DNA from: the human T2T-CHM13v2.0 reference genome, Homo sapiens | Assembly: GCF_009914755.1 (NCBI RefSeq) | Contig: NC_060939.1 | DNA: 64,000 nt | Direction: 5' to 3' (one strand) | Shown here: positions 10,820 through 24,460 of the stretch, in pieces | Layout of the letters: each line of letters starts with the position of its first letter | Numbering within the stretch: the first letter of the stretch is position 1 | Program-made: the position numbers and the translations under genes | The notes under the pieces: generated by a model | What the model was told of the DNA's origin: nothing | The model's input: only the letters and a program-made list of their open reading frames with translations | The model's database searches: none

Positions 10820-12589
10820 GGATTTGGGGGGATGAGGTTGCTTGCCAATTGCTTGCTCTCTCAGTAGTAAAATGGAGAGGAAGTGAAATCATTAATAGCT
10901 TTGGACACTTTCTGCAATGCCCAGTTTGCTTCTTGTCTTCTGCGTAAGTGTTTGTCACAGCAAGGGGGACCTCTCTGTAAGGAAAGGAAGGGAATCACCT
11001 GAGATGGGAGAGGGAGAGTATGGACTAGATTATTATAAGGTTACACATAATTATAAATTATGAAAGCGGCTACAAATCTGTAGCCTGGGAAATAGGAATG
11101 CTCCTAGGGTGTGTCCCATACTCATCCCAAAGTGACACTTGGAATGCCCATTAGTAACACCCCAGTGTTGGGAGGGAAGGCCATTAGGGTGTGGGTTTCA
11201 TCTTCTCAGGGACCCCATCTCGGGGAAATCTCTGGGTTCTTGGCCTTGATTTCCCTGGTTTCATCTCCAGACAATGTGAGTTTGTGGTCACTTTCCCAGA
11301 AGGGTCCAGTTTTGCCAGATACCTTCAATGAGCAATACAGTTAGGGCCTTGTTCACCCTGCCCACTCGTCCTCACCAAGGACTGCCTATATCATATGGGC
11401 TTTCAGACCCTCCAACAACCAAAGAATGTTTCCCTGGGAGCCACTGAGTTAAGACTGCTATCTCTGTCATCCTTGGCAACTCACATTTTCCCAAACACAA
11501 ATACAAGCCCACACAGTCATTTACCCACTCTTAGCTCCACCTCTCATCCCCCACAATGTTCTGGTCCCTTTGAGGCACACTGAATTTTCCCAGGATTCCT
11601 CAGTTTGTTGGTACACAAAACGTCTCAGCACTTAACAGTATTAAGCAGATTGTTCTGGCTCTCTCCATTCACCTGCTAATGTGGGACTCCCTGCACAGGT
11701 GTCTGCTCTCAGTGAGTATATTTCTAGGAACCCACAGGAAGGTCTCATATGAATCCCAGAGAAGTCTGTCTTGTTACCACTTAAGGTAATTGGCCATGGT
11801 CACCAGGCATTGGCTGTCTCCCACCAAGTTTCCAAGTTTCCACTTTCCCACCAGGCATTGTATCCACAGCCTGGCATCAGAGTCTCCCATGCTCTCACTC
11901 ACTGTTCCACAGAAAACCACCATGATGCCCAGAGTCCCCATGGAACCCAAGCAGGGGAGAAATACATGCTTCCTCCACTCTGTAGAACGTTTGTCATCTG
12001 GGCTCCCAAACAGGACTGCTTGAGCCCCTGTGAGAACAGCTGCATCAGCTCCCCGCCGGCAGCCTCCACTTCACAGCTTTCAGATATGGTCCAGGGGCTG
12101 GGCCAGGGAGAAGGCTCCTGCTCTCTCCCTCCATGGCTCGTCATATCTGCTCCAGACATCTATGTACAGACCTCCTCCCCCATGCAGCAAGTTCTCCCTG
12201 GGGGTGTTGCCAGCACACAAGCTCTGCAGACACAGTGAGACACTGTTTTCCCTTTAGAGCCAGCTGGAATCCTGGCTCCAAATCCGTGCCACATTTTGCA
12301 ATTCTCTTGGCCAGTGGATGACAGAGACTGGCAGAAGCCCTCCTATGATCTCATAGCCCTTCCAGGGTGTCCATCCACTGGGTTCTCACAGCATTGCCTG
12401 GAGAGAGCCATAATTTTATTGCCTGGAATTCACTCTTGAAGTCTTCTTTTTCTTTTCATGTCTTTGAGCTATTTGAAGGCAGAACCCAGAGCTCAAATTG
12501 TTCTGTGCTCTCCGCAGGATGTGGCCCACTCCCCGGAACAGAGGGGATGCACAGCAATGATCAAGGACCAAACCAAGCTCAATATGAGA

Positions 12590-12752
12590 CACTTAGAGTC
12601 AGAATGAACTTAACTGGAAGCCCCAAGAGGCCCCTACAAAATCATATGTTTTTTTATTTTGATTCAGAGGTCTGGAAGAAGTGCCCAGAGATGAGTATAT
12701 TTAATAAGCTCCAAGGTTCTGATAAACAACATCATTTGGAACCTCTGGCTTA
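12590..12752. mobile_element. MER5-like hAT-Charlie MITE
   Basis: gattcagaggtctggaagaagtgcccagagatgagtatatttaataagctccaaggttctgat...tttggaacctctg. Confidence 0.55.
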
Positions 12753-13450
12753 GAACTCAGCACTGCTTATAGCTCATGGAGTTGTTCACTGGGTGTGGGA
12801 CATGGGGTTGTAGTTGGGTGTGCATGGACTCTTCCTGGCTGTGCCCCTGGAAATCCCTGGACGTCTCCTCCATGGTTGCTGTTTCAACATCCCATGCATA
12901 GTACACACCAAGCACCATATCCCATGTGTGGCTCTCTAGCTTCCCTGAATTCCAGTGTGAAATCTTCTTGGTTAGGGCAGTGCATCTCCTTCCTTCCTGG
13001 CCTTGAGAGATGACAACTTTGCCTTCTCAGGGACTATCATCCTGGAATCTCAAGCTCGTGGTTGAGCATGGCTTTGGTGTCAGGTCTGTGCTGTGTGACT
13101 GGAAACTCAGATACAGAGACTGAGAGAAAGAGGGACTACTACCCCACCACACTGAATTACGGCTCTTCTCCCAAAAATATAATTCACCACCCCACTTTGC
13201 CATCTTGCCTATGTTACCCTGGGCACTGGTACATGCCTTCAGTCCAACTAAGAGACTTAAAAGTTAACAAATTGCTCTGAGCTTCTATCTCCTACTCCAC
13301 CTTCCAACCACTGACAGTCTTAGGCTTTTCAAATTTTATAATTAACCATCCACTGATAGATGATGGGAGATCCTTGGGAAATCTGTGACACAGTCACAAA
13401 TGAAAATTATTATGCGTGTATATTGGGTTTTTGGGAAGAAAGGCTCATGG

Positions 13451-14522
13451 CAATCTAGTCTCATGGCTTTAAATACCAACTCGATGCTGCTGACTCCCAC
13501 GTTTATATTTCCAGCTCAGACCTCTTTCCTGGACTTCAGTCTTATATATCCAAACACCCACTCAACATCTTAACTTAGATGTCTAACAGGCATCTAAAAC
13601 TCAACATATCCAAAATTCCCAATCTCCTCCTACCCAAAACTGTCTCCACCCACAGCTTTCCTCAGCTGAGCTGATAGCACCTCCATCCTTCCTCTTGCTC
13701 AGCCAAAAACCTTGGAGATGCCCTTGATTCCTCCCTTTCTCTCACACCCTACATCTAATAGATCAGCAAACCTGGTGCTTCCACCTTCAAATAGATCCAG
13801 ACTCTGACCATTCTCCCCACTTCCCCTGATACCACCTTGGTGTAAGCCACCATCATTTATCCTGTACCTTACAGCAAAGATTCCCAAATGGGTCTCCCTC
13901 TTTCCACTCTTACCTCCTACCATCTACCGTTAACATAGAGCCAGAAGACCCTTTTAAAACACAAGTGCAATCAATCAGGTTTCTCCTCTGCTCAAAGCCC
14001 TACAGTGGACTTCTACTCCATGCAGAGTCAAACCTCAAATCCTTGCAATGGCCAACAAGGCCCCGTGTGACCTGCACTTTCCATCAACTCCATCTGCATG
14101 CCCTTTTCTAAAACCCTGACTCTAGGTCCTTCCTGCCCTTGAACATTCCTGCACAGCTTCACATCTCTGCTGAACTGTTGCCTCTGCCTAGAAAGTTACT
14201 CTGCCAACTTCTTCTTCTTGGCCAACTTCCTCATCTCCATCACGTCTTTGTTAACATTTTGCTTTGTCCATGAGGCCACCCTGAGCACCCTATTAACCAC
14301 TGCAGCCCACACCTTGGACAACTCCATTCTCAGCCCACTTTTCAGTTTCTCATAGCACTTACCACTTCTTAATAGATTGTATAAGTTACTTATGTATTAC
14401 AGTTATTGTCTCTCTCGCCTTCCTAGAATGTGCACCTAAATCTTTATTTTGTTCACTGATGGTCTGGCATACAGAGAATGCATGAGTAGGCACTCAGTGA
14501 ATGTTTGTTAAATGTTGAATGG
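13451..14522 (+). mobile_element. L2 (L2a-like) 3' portion
   Basis: gtctcatggctttaaatacc...gatgtctaacaggcatctaaaactcaacatatccaaaa...catagcacttacc...gtaggcactcagtgaatgtttgttaaatg. Confidence 0.9.
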
Positions 14523-14724
14523 AGGGTTTGTGAGCATGTGTTGGTTGGCAAAGGAAGGTACGTTGCCAAAGATGGTGGAAATAATGCCATAAAACCAGGA
14601 AATCTTGGAGTAAAATGCACCAGTTGTTTGAAGGTAAAAACAGGGTTCTTTGAGAAAACCGAGATGAGTGAGATCCACTAGAGTGAGCCCAACAGCTTAA
14701 TGCTAAATAAAGACATTATATATC

Positions 14725-14920
14725 ACAATAACAAAAACTCCTCTCAACGTGTAACTTCTTTCACATACAGTTATTTCACCCTCCAATGATTCTACAAGAT
14801 AGATTTAATATTCCCATTTCACAGTTAAGGAATCAGAGGCCCAGAGAGATGAACACATTTGCCCAATGCTATGTAACTAGGAAATTACTGGGTTGACCAG
14901 GTTTGGCCAACTCCAAGTAC
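14725..14920 (-). mobile_element. MIR SINE
   Basis: attcccatttcacagttaaggaatcagaggcccagagagatgaacacatttgcccaa. Confidence 0.75.
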
Positions 14921-16044
14921 TAGCTCCCTCCCCTCCCCTCTCTTTACTATGCAATCCAGAGGAGGAGGGAGAGAATGAAGAACAGTGGTTGGGCAGGCAG
15001 ATCTGGGGTTATCACTTTTCAGAAATATCCAGTCTGGAAGGATTCCCTCAGAACTGAAGTCATCCCATGAGATGCCAACTCACATTCCTCTTTGCAGCCT
15101 GGTTCCCCACTCAAGCATGAAGACCTCATTCCTGAGACCCATGCAGGACAGAGTCTTCTAGCAACCTTACCATGGACCAGCCTCCTCCTCCTCCACTCCC
15201 CACCCTAAAATGATGTCCATTCCTCACACATTGAACTGTCCTGATCAATTTTCCTTTTTGTTTTTCTTCTAAGAGGATATAAAGTTAAGAGCTATCTGGA
15301 GAGCAATGCTGGCATTTTAATCAGAACAATAGGATTGGAGGCCAAAGGGTTCTGTGTTGACAAGATAAAGACAACATGAAGGGCTGAAGGCAGCCAGCAG
15401 AAAGGAGTTATGACTGTCCAGCTTAATGACAGCCAGACATGGAAGGGGTTGTTCGCTCCAAGTTTTAAAAATTCTATAGTGTGCAATTGGGACCTTGCTG
15501 GAGTTGTTTTGTCTATTTCTAGGGATGCTGGCGCATCCCCTTCCTTGGCAGGGCTGAGAGCGCCTCCATAACTCACTTGCAAATGTCTACAGTGCCGTCC
15601 CACTTCTGGAGTTGATGTTCATTAGAAGACACAACTGGAAATTCTTAAGCTGTTGCAAAATGGGTTGTTTGGAACTGAATTCTGGTCTCTATGTTCACAT
15701 AGTGGATTGTTGTAGCTCTCTTGGCTGGAGTAGATTTAGATGTTGTCATTGTGCCTGACATGCTGAAAAGACCCAGCTAGAGATAGGTGACACGTTCTTA
15801 GATCAGGACAGCTGAAGCAGGTCTTAAGCAATGTCTAGTCCATTTCCACTTGAGAAGCCAAGGCCCTCAGTTGGGAGTCACCGTGCTGTGATGGCAAACC
15901 CTCATGGGCGCATTCACAAAGCAGAGACTCATTGCCTTGGCCATGGTACTGGCCTATTTTGCAATTGGCAAAGGCCATTGCAGACACTGACATTCAGCTT
16001 TGATTCTGCTTGACGCTTTTTAATTTTGTGCACTAAGCAATTTC

Positions 16045-16220
16045 AGTCATTCATTCAACAAATGTATTGAGCACCTACCGCTTCTACATTTACCGGGCAC
16101 TTTCTCAACAATAATAATAACTGACACAGAGCACTCATGGTGCAACAGGCACTGCTATAAGAGCTCACCCATAAAAGCTAATTAACCCTCACCACAACCC
16201 AAGAGTAGATGAGCTACTGA
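16045..16220 (-). mobile_element. L2 tail plus MIR fragment
   Basis: cattcattcaacaaatgtattgagcacctac (L2), then ataataataactgac...caggcactgctataagagct...accctcaccacaaccc (MIR). Confidence 0.65.
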
Positions 16221-16845
16221 TAACATGGAAGAAAAGAAGCTTCAAAATCAATAAATACCAGATGCTCAGTCCCCTTGTTTCCCAAAGGTTGCCTCACCGA
16301 CATCCATAAAACATTAACTGTGAGATTCCCATTTATAAATGGAACCTGATCCTCCAGGAGATATCCCCAGCCTCTTCCACTTTGCAAGCTACTTGATCCG
16401 CTTCCTCCCTATCTGTGGGGATCAAACATTCTTCCAAGGGGAAGAAACATTCTCTTGTTTGAGATTGTCAAATGTCATAAGGATTTGACAAGTAGGGAAA
16501 TCCATTTTTTTAAAATTTGCTTTTTTAAATACAAAGGCATCCCCAAAGGGACCTGTCTAGGCAGACACTCTGGTCCCAGTAAATTGTAAAAAACTCTCCT
16601 AGTCACCTTTTGTTCTCTCAGTACCACAAGCCTGGTGGCTGCTCAGCAGATGTCAGTGCTGATTCATGTATGTGCATGCCTGAATGAATGAATGAGTAAA
16701 TGAACCAATGAATTTTTAAATTTTAAAGAAATTTAAATTTTAGAGAAATTTTGAGAAATTCTTGTTCATAAGAATCCCCTTGTATACTCTAAAATGTCAC
16801 CTCTTCAACATATCTAAAATTCTACTATCAAATCGTTATCATCTC

Positions 16846-17070
16846 AGGCTACACGGCCTAATATGGTAGCCACCAGCCACCAGCCATGCTAAGCTATTTA
16901 TGTTTAAATCTAAATTAACTCATATAGATTTTAAAATTCAGTTCCTCACTTGCCCCAGCTACAATTCCGGTGCTCAATAGCCACAAGTGGTTAGTGATTA
17001 CCATATTGGACAGCACAGATATAGAATACTTCCTTCACCACAGAAAGTTCTACTGGACAGCCCCACTCTA
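16846..17070 (-). mobile_element. MER3 hAT-Charlie MITE
   Basis: aatatggtagccac...aaaattcagttcctca...gtgctcaatagccacaagtgg...atattggacagcacagatatagaa...cagaaagttctactggacagc. Confidence 0.85.
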
Positions 17071-17071
17071 G

Positions 17072-17423
<352 letters not shown>

Positions 17424-17754
17424 TTAGGTTTAGATCTTTCTTGGAATTAAAATAATCCCTTGGAGAAACAACACATCACACATCAAGTGGTTATCAGTTA
17501 TCTATACCTGAGTGTGTGTGAATTTATTAAATGTTCTTTGGAGCTCTATCCAACTGGTTTGGAACAAGAGGAAGAGGTGAGGACCTTGGTAGCTGAAGGA
17601 AGAGTCTGGGGTACAGACAAGGCATGTTAGCACTAAAGACGCCCATGTACTGTGCAAGGATTCAGGGGACCAATTTTTTCTGCACCTCACAGGTCATCAC
17701 AGGCAAGATCCTGATGGCAGTCTAGCATGATGCGCTCACACAGTAGGTGCTTAA

Positions 17755-18116
<362 letters not shown>

Positions 18117-18234
18117 TGACAGGTGTTGTGCTTGGCATCCTGGGGTTACAAAAATGAATTACACATAGGTTCTGTCCTTGCAGAACTTAGAATCTTCCCT
18201 GGGAGAGACAATGATACAAGCAACAATAGCAGCA

Positions 18235-18445
18235 AATAATGATGGCTAATATTTCCTGAGCATATGTTCTATATTATTTATTGGTTATGCATTTTTTCAT
18301 ATTTATCATTCCAACAGCCCTATGGGTAGGCACTATTCTTACTCCCATTTTACAGATGACAACTGAAACTTCAAGAGGGGAGGAGTTTCTTCAGTGATGG
18401 AGCTGAGCTCGGGTCAGGTCGCCTTGATGCCAAGGTCAGTGTTTG
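18235..18445 (-). mobile_element. MIR SINE
   Basis: caacagccctatgggtaggcactattcttactcccattttacagatgacaactgaaac. Confidence 0.75.
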
Positions 18446-18794
18446 CTTCATGGAGTCAGGTCTTGGTAGGTATGTGAGAGGAACACAGGTCAGGACACAC
18501 ATGGCACAAGCCAAGCAGCTCATATCCCTGGACCACTGGGCAGCTCTTGGTGAGCTGGTGAGTGGGCAGGAATGAGCACTCAGAAGCTGTCCAGTGGGCC
18601 TCCCCAAATGCCGATTGACAGTGTGCATGTGCCCTCTGCCCAGGGAGGAAGGCCTTGCTTAGGAGGCGGCCAGGTGACTGTGCACTGGCAGCCCACCTGG
18701 GACACCCAGCATGGCCCACACTGCCGTGGCTGCCAGCTGCATTAGGGAGACTGTGGGCCAGGCCTTTCCCAGAGGGATGTGCCTCTGGGTCCAT

Positions 18795-18842
18795 ACATCC
18801 TTCTGGGTCCGTACAAAATGGGCTCTAAGGAGACCATGCAAA
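18795..18842 (+). repeat. dispersed 48-bp direct repeat, copy A (partner 20581-20628)
   Basis: 43/48 ungapped identity to 20581-20628. Confidence 0.9.
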
Positions 18843-19228
18843 GGGAAGCTTCTCTTTTCCTCCATGGTCCCATCTACACACAGACCTCTGCACAAACTGG
18901 CTCACCCGTGCTTAGTCAGGATGGAAAGAATGATCAATTTAAGGGCACAGACCTAGTCTTCCTATAATTCTCCAAGTTCAAGGTCCTCTTGTTAGGGATA
19001 AGCATCACAAGCACTATCTCTGTGAAGCTGCACAGCCTTGTGTAGTGTGGGACTTACACTCCACGTCCAGGAGAGGACAGCCAGGCCCAGAGGCTTAATT
19101 GACCTGCCTGTGATCAGAAAGGGGCTTGGGACCAAAACATCCACCAGCCTGCCCTGTGCCCTGAGGCTTCCATGGCCAGGGAGTCCACCTGGTGTTTTCT
19201 AGGACACCCAGGGGGTCTTAAAGGCCAA

Positions 19229-19264
19229 GGGGCGCAGACACAGAGGGGGGCGCAGACACAGAGG
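19229..19264 (+). repeat. 18-bp perfect tandem duplication
   Basis: ggggcgcagacacagagg x2. Confidence 0.9.
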
Positions 19265-20056
19265 GGAGCAGCACCCAAGGTAGGCATCCTGGAGAGGTGC
19301 CTCTGCAGCTTCTACCTGGGGCTCCTCCAACTCCTGCACTCTCTCTTTTCCTCTCTCTCTGTCTTACACACACGTAGATATACACACTACCACCACCTCT
19401 GACTACCGTGTCACTCCGGGGCTTCCTGCCCCTTTCCTAGGGCTGCTGTGGAGCAGAGAGGAGGACCCTGAGTCATGGCCCTGGGCAGTGTGCACCCCCA
19501 TACCTACTCTCCATCTTTCCTAGCTTTCAGATCACCCATCCTTACACACACTGGGTGGGGCCTCCTCCCTTTCTATCCAAAGCCTCATCTGTGCCCTGGT
19601 CCTCCCCATGTGGGGAACACAAACCAATCAGGAGGAAATTTATCTCACAGGGGTGATAAGGACTGATGAGAGGGCACGAAAGAGGAGGGGGAGGCTGCCT
19701 GGCCAGAGGGGCCAATGTGCCCACCTACTACTTCCCCTCAGGCAGCCCCTCAGGCTTCAGCCAGCAGGGGTGAGGAAGTGGGGCTCCCTCCCACAATGCC
19801 CACCTTCCACCAGGAAAGGAGGCCTTGGCATCGCGCAGCCATGCCTGTTTTCTGGTGGGTGGTAGCTGGTCTGAAATGAGTCTGTGACTTCCAGCAAGCC
19901 ACGTGAACTCTCTGAGCCCATTTCTCACCTGGTAGGGGAGGCATGCCGGTTAAAGGAGGCACTCCATTAGAAGGTCCTTCGGAAATCATGCTGTAAATAG
20001 AAAGTGCGTTCTTTCTCAAAGAAGAATATCAAAATGTACCCACACTCTTATATATG

Positions 20057-20061
20057 CACAG

Positions 20062-20094
<33 letters not shown>
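20057..20094 (+). repeat. (CA)n microsatellite
   Basis: direct observation. Confidence 0.95.
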
Positions 20095-20526
20095 ATTTTT
20101 CTGTAAGATCTAGTAGGAATTCTTTAAACATCAGTTATGTTCCTAGGACAGTGCTGAGGATACAGAGAAATCTCAGCCACAGCTTCCCCTCCTTGGAAGA
20201 ATCTGATGCTGTTGGAAGACCAGAAGAGCATCCCCACAGGGTGGGAGCGCCATTCCAGAGCCAGCTGCCACCCAGGCTGGAAGGAGATGGGCTCGAGGCC
20301 TCAGAGTGATTGAGAGTGAGGAGAGCCTGTTCCTTCTGCCTTCCTACCAAGGATGATGCAGGGAGAACTCTGCATTTCCAAGTCAGGAAAAGGCAAGCTC
20401 GGGAGAATGCAGTGGTTTGCCTGAAGTTCCACAGAGTTAGTGGCAAGATCTGTGGAAACAGCATATGTGCTAGTTACTTAAAAACCTTCCCAGCACCTCC
20501 TCCCTTACTCTTGTCATGAAAGATAA

Positions 20527-20576
20527 ACACACACACACACATGCACACACACACAGGCACACACACATGCACACAC
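20527..20576 (+). repeat. imperfect (CA)n microsatellite
   Basis: direct observation. Confidence 0.9.
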
Positions 20577-20580
20577 CTGC

Positions 20581-20628
20581 ACATCCCTCTGGGTCCATAC
20601 AAAATGGACTCTAAAGAGACAATGCAAA
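20581..20628 (+). repeat. dispersed 48-bp direct repeat, copy B (partner 18795-18842)
   Basis: 43/48 ungapped identity to 18795-18842. Confidence 0.9.
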
Positions 20629-20670
20629 CAATTGAACACAGGGCCAGTCTCTGTGACGTCTACTGGAATA

Positions 20671-20892
20671 GGAAGCACTATGGTATCAGGAAAGCTGCTC
20701 TGGAGTCAGAGGCGCCCGAGGTGGAATCCCTACTGTCATATACTAGCTGTGTGACCTTCAGCAAGTTACCAATCTAAGCTCCTGAGCTGTAAAGTGAGCC
20801 TAATAATACCACTTGCTTGTTGTGGAAACTAAATGAGATAATGCTGCATAAGAGCTCAGCCCTACCTGGCTTGCAGCTCAGACTGTCGTTAT
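20671..20892 (+). mobile_element. MIR SINE
   Basis: gctctggagtcaga...actagctgtgtgaccttcagcaagttac...tgtaaagtg...taaatgagataatg. Confidence 0.85.
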
Positions 20893-20980
20893 CACTTTCC
20901 TAGAAGCAAGAGAACAGAGAACCTACAGTACCATCCCCTATGCCTGACGCAAGGATAAAGCAGGACACTGGCCTCAATGA

Positions 20981-21196
20981 GAGCACTGGGCTAAGTGCTT
21001 TAAGTAGCTATCCCATTTCAGTTAATAATAATCCTATGAGATTGTTCTACTTATCCTTATGCTAGAGGGAAATGGAAGCTCAGAGAGGTTAAGTATCTTG
21101 CCCAAGGTCACACAGCCAGGAAGTAGCAGCACAGAGATTTGATTCCAGATCCGTCTGTCTCTAAAGCATAAAGATTTCCTTCTAGTCCACACTGCA
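20981..21196 (-). mobile_element. MIR SINE
   Basis: gctcagagaggttaagtatcttgcccaaggtcacacagccaggaagtagcagc...gatttgattccag. Confidence 0.85.
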
Positions 21197-21749
21197 TTGT
21201 CAAGAAGTGTCATCCTTTCTCCTGGCAGGGAGATGGCCTGAAGAACAAGCCCTGGGGTCATACGCCTGTCCTGACTGACCAGGGTTCTGGGCTGAGTATC
21301 TTGGCCCACCTCATGGTGCAGGGGCCTGGCATGATGTCCACCTCCTTGTAGCTGGGAGGGGTGGTGGCCATGATCTGACAAGGGCTGGTGCCATTGTAAA
21401 CTGGGCCAGGCCCACTTGAGGGTGGCCTGAGCCTGAGATTGTGTGGACAGTGAGGAGGCTGCCTGCCTGGGTCTCTGCTGACTGTCTTGGCGTTGCCTTG
21501 TGGTCTGGATTTGAGGAGCCCAGTCACAGCCCCTCAACCAGTTCCAGACTGAGTTGATCCTGCTACTCACGGCAAAGGCTGTCTTGGTGATGGGGCCTGT
21601 CAGGGATCTTTGATTATTTTTTAGGGTCTACCTGGACTCAGGCTTCCTCTTAATCCAGAAAAACAGGTTTGTGACATGGTTGGGGGATATTCCCATTATC
21701 CACTTCCATGAGGCTGGAGGCCAGCCTCCCCTAGCAGCAGTAGCAGGGC

Positions 21750-21968
21750 CAGGAAGGAGCAAGGACTTCAGCGTAGGACAGGCTGAGCTTGAATCCTGGC
21801 TTTGCTGCTTCCAGCTGAAGGGCCTTGGGCAAGTCAGGGTGTGCCCCGGGCTTACCACTTGTGAAATGGGAATGATAGGACCTGCCTCACAGCTCCTGCC
21901 GACAACTATTGAGAATGCACAGGAAGGTGCCCAGCGCTGGCCTGGCCACATGGTGAGTGCACAAACAC
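21750..21968 (+). mobile_element. MIR SINE
   Basis: ttgaatcctggctttgc...ccttgggcaagtca...tgtgaaatgggaatgata...cctgcctcacag. Confidence 0.8.
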
Positions 21969-22536
21969 TGGGAGATCAAGCCTTGACCGCCAGACCTTTT
22001 CTCAAGGACACTGAGGCAGGCCCCGTCACCACAGCTCCCTCCCCAACCCTTCATCTTGCTCTCTGCCCTGAAATGCACCTCACCCCCAACACATACACAA
22101 ACCCACGAGAACCATTCCACTGAGATTCACAGCTGAAGAATGTTTGCGTAATCTCAGCCAATGAGCTAAGCCTCAATATATTTTTCCTTTCTTTCTATTT
22201 TTTTTTAATTTAAATTTTATTTAGCCTGGCTTCTATACTAAAAATATCAACCTCTGAGATAAAAGCTTGTGCATTATGATTTTGCCTTATCCAATCTTCC
22301 ACAATACAGTGAGTGCTTGAGTAATGGAAAGGGGAAATCCAGATACTCTGTGCAATGCTCCGAGCCTGTGAAGCTCTCTGTCTGCTGCAGGAAAGGGATT
22401 TTGTGAGGAAATTGATCATTTTCTTCCAGAACCATTGTGTCAGAATTAGGGAAGGGCTGCAGGAAGGCACGGGTCAGTTACTTTTCCTCCTCTGAATACA
22501 AGTAGATGTTATTCCAGATGAAATCTTGCTGTGGTC

Positions 22537-22639
22537 CCATAAATCATGACCCCTGATATACTTCATGCATCTGTAACAGGAAGAACCAACACTCTCGGCC
22601 ACCCTGGGGGCATTGCAATGTGCAGAGAGGCCATAAATC
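22537..22639 (-). promoter_or_regulatory. pair of PBX/posterior-HOX sites
   Basis: CCATAAATCA (TGATTTATGG on minus) at 22537-22546 and GGCCATAAATC at 22629-22639, in unique sequence. Confidence 0.35.
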
Positions 22640-23269
22640 CTCATCATGCCTCCCTTCTGCTTTCGGAGGTTAGGGTGGGGGCACCTGGCCAGGGAAAAAC
22701 AGGGGTTTCAAAGTTTCTGCTGCCTTCTGTGAAACCAAAGGGCCTGCCAGGGATAGTGTCTCTGTTGTTCGAAGCTGCAAAGGTAATGGGCCTATTTCCT
22801 CTGCTGTGGTGTCCTCTGAGGATGCTTGCAAGGATAGGGATGAATAAAAGGGAAATGGATGTCACTCTGCCTCCTCCCCAGATGGCAGGTAACACATTTA
22901 CGGAAAAGCTTTCCTACCTTTCCATAGGGCTGTACTCTAATGTTTCCGGGGATTACTGCTGCTCCTTGGGGTGTGTGTTGGCAGACAGTGGATAGGGGTG
23001 GGTGCTGGGTGTTTGGAAAAATGGGGAGGTGGAGAGGCCTAGAGCAGAACTTGCTTTGGATCCCCCAGGGCCCCTTTGATTACCCTACTGTCCCCAGCCT
23101 TTCTGCCCAAACTCAATTCAGTGTCATTTCAAAGTGGATCCCTTGGGCTTCAGGAAAGGTGCCGGTGGGGAATTATTATGTCCCTCTAATTGTCTAGTGT
23201 GGAAGCAAGTCCAGCTCCTGTGGGTTGGAGACAGGGTTCTCCTAAAAAGGCTGGAGAGTCACCCCGTAG

Positions 23270-23950
<681 letters not shown>

Positions 23951-24274
23951 TCATTACATGGGACACAGAGGAGCTGTGCTGGGGACAGCCCAAGAGGAAC
24001 GGAACGCTCATCTCTTCATGGGGATGGCATATAATCAGAGTCATTCAAAAATACATTTGACATCTCTATGTCCGGAAGAGTACACATGACTGGCCAATCA
24101 TTCACACCCTACTCTACGTGATGACGGAGCAGTAGCTCCTCTGCATGCCCACAGCAACCCGAACAAATGTGCACTGAGCACCCATCACATTGTTTTAAAT
24201 TTAACTTTATGTCTGCGTTGCTTTAAAGAAATCTAATTATCTGAGGGCAGGGGTGTGCCACCATAATGTCATTT

Positions 24275-24460
24275 ATAATAGTTCTATAGCTGCCTCCTAC
24301 TGAGCATGTATTAAGTGCCAGGCACTGTTCTAAGTATTTGGCAGGCATTATTTCTTTATAGAAGTCCTATGGGGCAGGCACCAATTTACAGATGAGGAAA
24401 CCAAGGCCCAGAGAAGTTACATAATAATTTGCCTAAGGTGATAATGTCAAAGTAGCCAGA
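24275..24460 (-). mobile_element. MIR SINE
   Basis: tgccaggcactgttctaagt...tttacagatgaggaaaccaaggcccagagaagtta...ttgcctaaggt. Confidence 0.8.

Noticed and set aside
20671-21196. Inverted MIR pair as a hairpin or miRNA precursor
   Set aside because: Copies are too diverged for long continuous pairing; common by chance at this MIR density
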